From NCBI GenBank assembly GCA_965637545.1, contig OZ281496.1, forward strand, positions 22,196,001 through 22,260,000: a stretch of 64,000 nt of DNA. The letters are read 5' to 3'. Below are positions 62,186 to 64,000 of the stretch, one piece after another (the stretch's first letter is position 1; every line of letters begins with the position of its first letter). The translations under genes were made by a program, and so were the position numbers. The notes beneath the pieces are model-generated. The model made no database searches. It saw only the letters and a program-made list of their open reading frames with translations, and was not told the origin of the DNA. Source of the stretch: Phallusia mammillata. Its lineage: Eukaryota.

Positions 62186-62525
62186 AAAATTTCCCGCCAA
62201 AAACTTGTGCAATGCGCCGGGAGAATGTGGGTCAGGGGAATTTGAATGACATCACTTCAAGAAAGCCGAGGCTAAACCGTGATTGGCGGTTGACATCACG
62301 TGCTAAAAATAACCCGGAGAGCTGAGCACGTGACGGCCACAACACGCATCATTAATCGCGTGTTGTTTTTGCTTTCCATGAAAGTGATACTTTTTTGTTT
62401 CCTCTTCGAAGTGCGGCCTGCGCTACAGTCTACGAGCTAAGTTGTGTCGAAATAGGGAAATCCCCACTTTTCTTGTAAAACTCTGTTGCAATTTCGATTT
62501 CTCCGAAAACGTTTTCAAATTCCCC
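62186..62525. promoter_or_regulatory. Cluster of NF-kB-like sites upstream of IL-17 copy 2
   Basis: GGGAAATCCC 62455-62464 (consensus); GGGGAATTTG 62235-62244 (+) and 62516-62525 (-); GGGAAATTTT 62186-62195 (-); TGACATCA twice; AP-1 TGAGTCA at 61919-61925. Confidence 0.55.
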
Positions 62526-63144
62526 AAAAGAGCATTCACCACATTTTGTTCACCGACAAGTCGTTATATGCTTTGCTTTTTATTGCCATAAATATATATT
62601 AGTAAAGAAGGGTAATAAATAAGGGTTTCACACTTTGCGCATGTATCTGCAACTTTGCAAATACATCATAAACGTATAACAAACAAATGCTGAAACAAGC
62701 GTGAAGAAAGAAAAACAACAACAGTATAAATATATATGTGCGAATATGTCAATCTTAATAAATATATTGTTGAAGATAAAACACGGGATGTCGAAAAAGC
62801 ATGTAGTTCGCAATACACAAAATGTTATTCTTAGTAAATTAGTAAGTAGATTTTGACATATTTTAGGATTGCTTTAGTTGTTTTGTAGACAATGTATAAC
62901 AGGCAGTAATGAATGGCTTGGCTGCTGTATATGATTGTTATATGGCAACGAAAAGGTTTTGTGTGGCATACGGACAGAAATGTTCAGTGCAAATATGAAT
63001 AGTTTCGTATTGCCCAGCACCTTAATTAAATAAATTTTCGTATATATTGTTTTGTATAAAATAACTCTTATTAAAAAAAACGTATAAAATATAGAAAAAA
63101 ACAATAAAAATTTGTTCGATACACGCATACAGTCAGTGGTACAG

Positions 63145-63953
63145 CTATCGGCTTGATCTAGCAGGGAAAGTGCAAGTGCATCCAACAGTGATGTTAGCCT
63201 TGCTTTGTTTCCATTTGCCGCCTGCTCCTCGTCTGTACACCGTTACTTGGACAGTGATTGGCTCTGATTTAAGTGACCGTACCTCTCGTAGAGTTTTGGG
63301 GCTTATGCACCCTTTGCACAGGCATCTGGCTTGTGCAATGTAACGCGGAATTCTATAAACGAAAATACAACATTAATACATGAAAATATAATATGAACTT
63401 TTTCAAAATTGTGCAACATGTTTTTAACATTATTAGACACTATCGTTCTTAGGGAAACTTATTGCAAATTAATGAATCTACGAACCTGTTAGCGTCGTTG
63501 TGAACAGTGTGGGTGAAAGGTGATAAGCTGCGCTGACCGGCATCCAAATCATGCCTGTCAAGATAGGTGTCATTGAAATTAGGACAAGATGTAGCCTCTT
63601 TATCATCTGAATTAGCCATTCGCTTCAACCGGCTGTGCGATTCAACCAAAAGAGCATTGCTCATGATTTGATCACACTCAGTCCTGTAAAGGCAAAAAAA
63701 TAATTAAACTTCAGCGAAACTTCAGTTTGCCTAACTCCAAACAAAATTATAATTTTTTTACAGCAATATATGAAAACGTTATTTTAAAAACTTACTTATT
63801 GATTGTGGCATGGTCACACTCGTAATCTTTGCGCACGTCCTCTAAATAAGCATCGCCGACTGAGCGGCGTTCTGGATTTGGCCTTGACGCAGCCAGGTTG
63901 AAAACGGTCAAGGTCAAACAAATAAGTCCGATAAGATTTCTTAGGGACGCCAT
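63145..63953 (-). CDS. IL17: Interleukin-17 family cytokine, copy 3 (187 aa)
   Basis: Exons 63953-63796 (signal peptide), 63683-63486 (CP...GQRSLSPF...DANR), 63352-63145 (IPRYIAQARCLCKGC...ITVGCTC). Confidence 0.92.
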
Positions 63954-64000
63954 CTTGCTGTTTATTCCTGAATTCTTTTTTAAAACCTTTTTAAATCTTC

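Overview
Eukaryotic, AT-rich, intron-containing animal DNA. An ascidian/tunicate origin is likely but inferred. All gene models were built by hand from GT-AG junctions and reading-phase continuity; most ORF-track entries are spurious. From left to right: (1) a 20-exon type I diacylglycerol kinase (DGKA/B/G-like, minus strand, 29094 to 105, running off the left edge) whose introns hold many MITEs, SINE pieces and long inverted repeats; (2) a partly resolved LAPTM-like membrane-protein gene (minus); (3) tRNA-Thr(UGU); (4) SCNM1 (plus, 7 exons); (5) three tandem ~6 kb paralogues encoding signal peptide + Cys-free variable domain + 4-6 EGF modules + hydrophobic C-terminus; (6) three tandem 3-exon IL-17 genes (minus), tail-to-tail with the EGF array. 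Highlights: the EGF array has a hypervariable N-terminal exon, a mosaic history and a duplication junction inside an IL-17 exon. At least four sequence families of minimal type I hammerhead ribozyme occur, three of them inside inverted repeats. One sits in a TSD-flanked insertion that ends at its predicted cleavage site.
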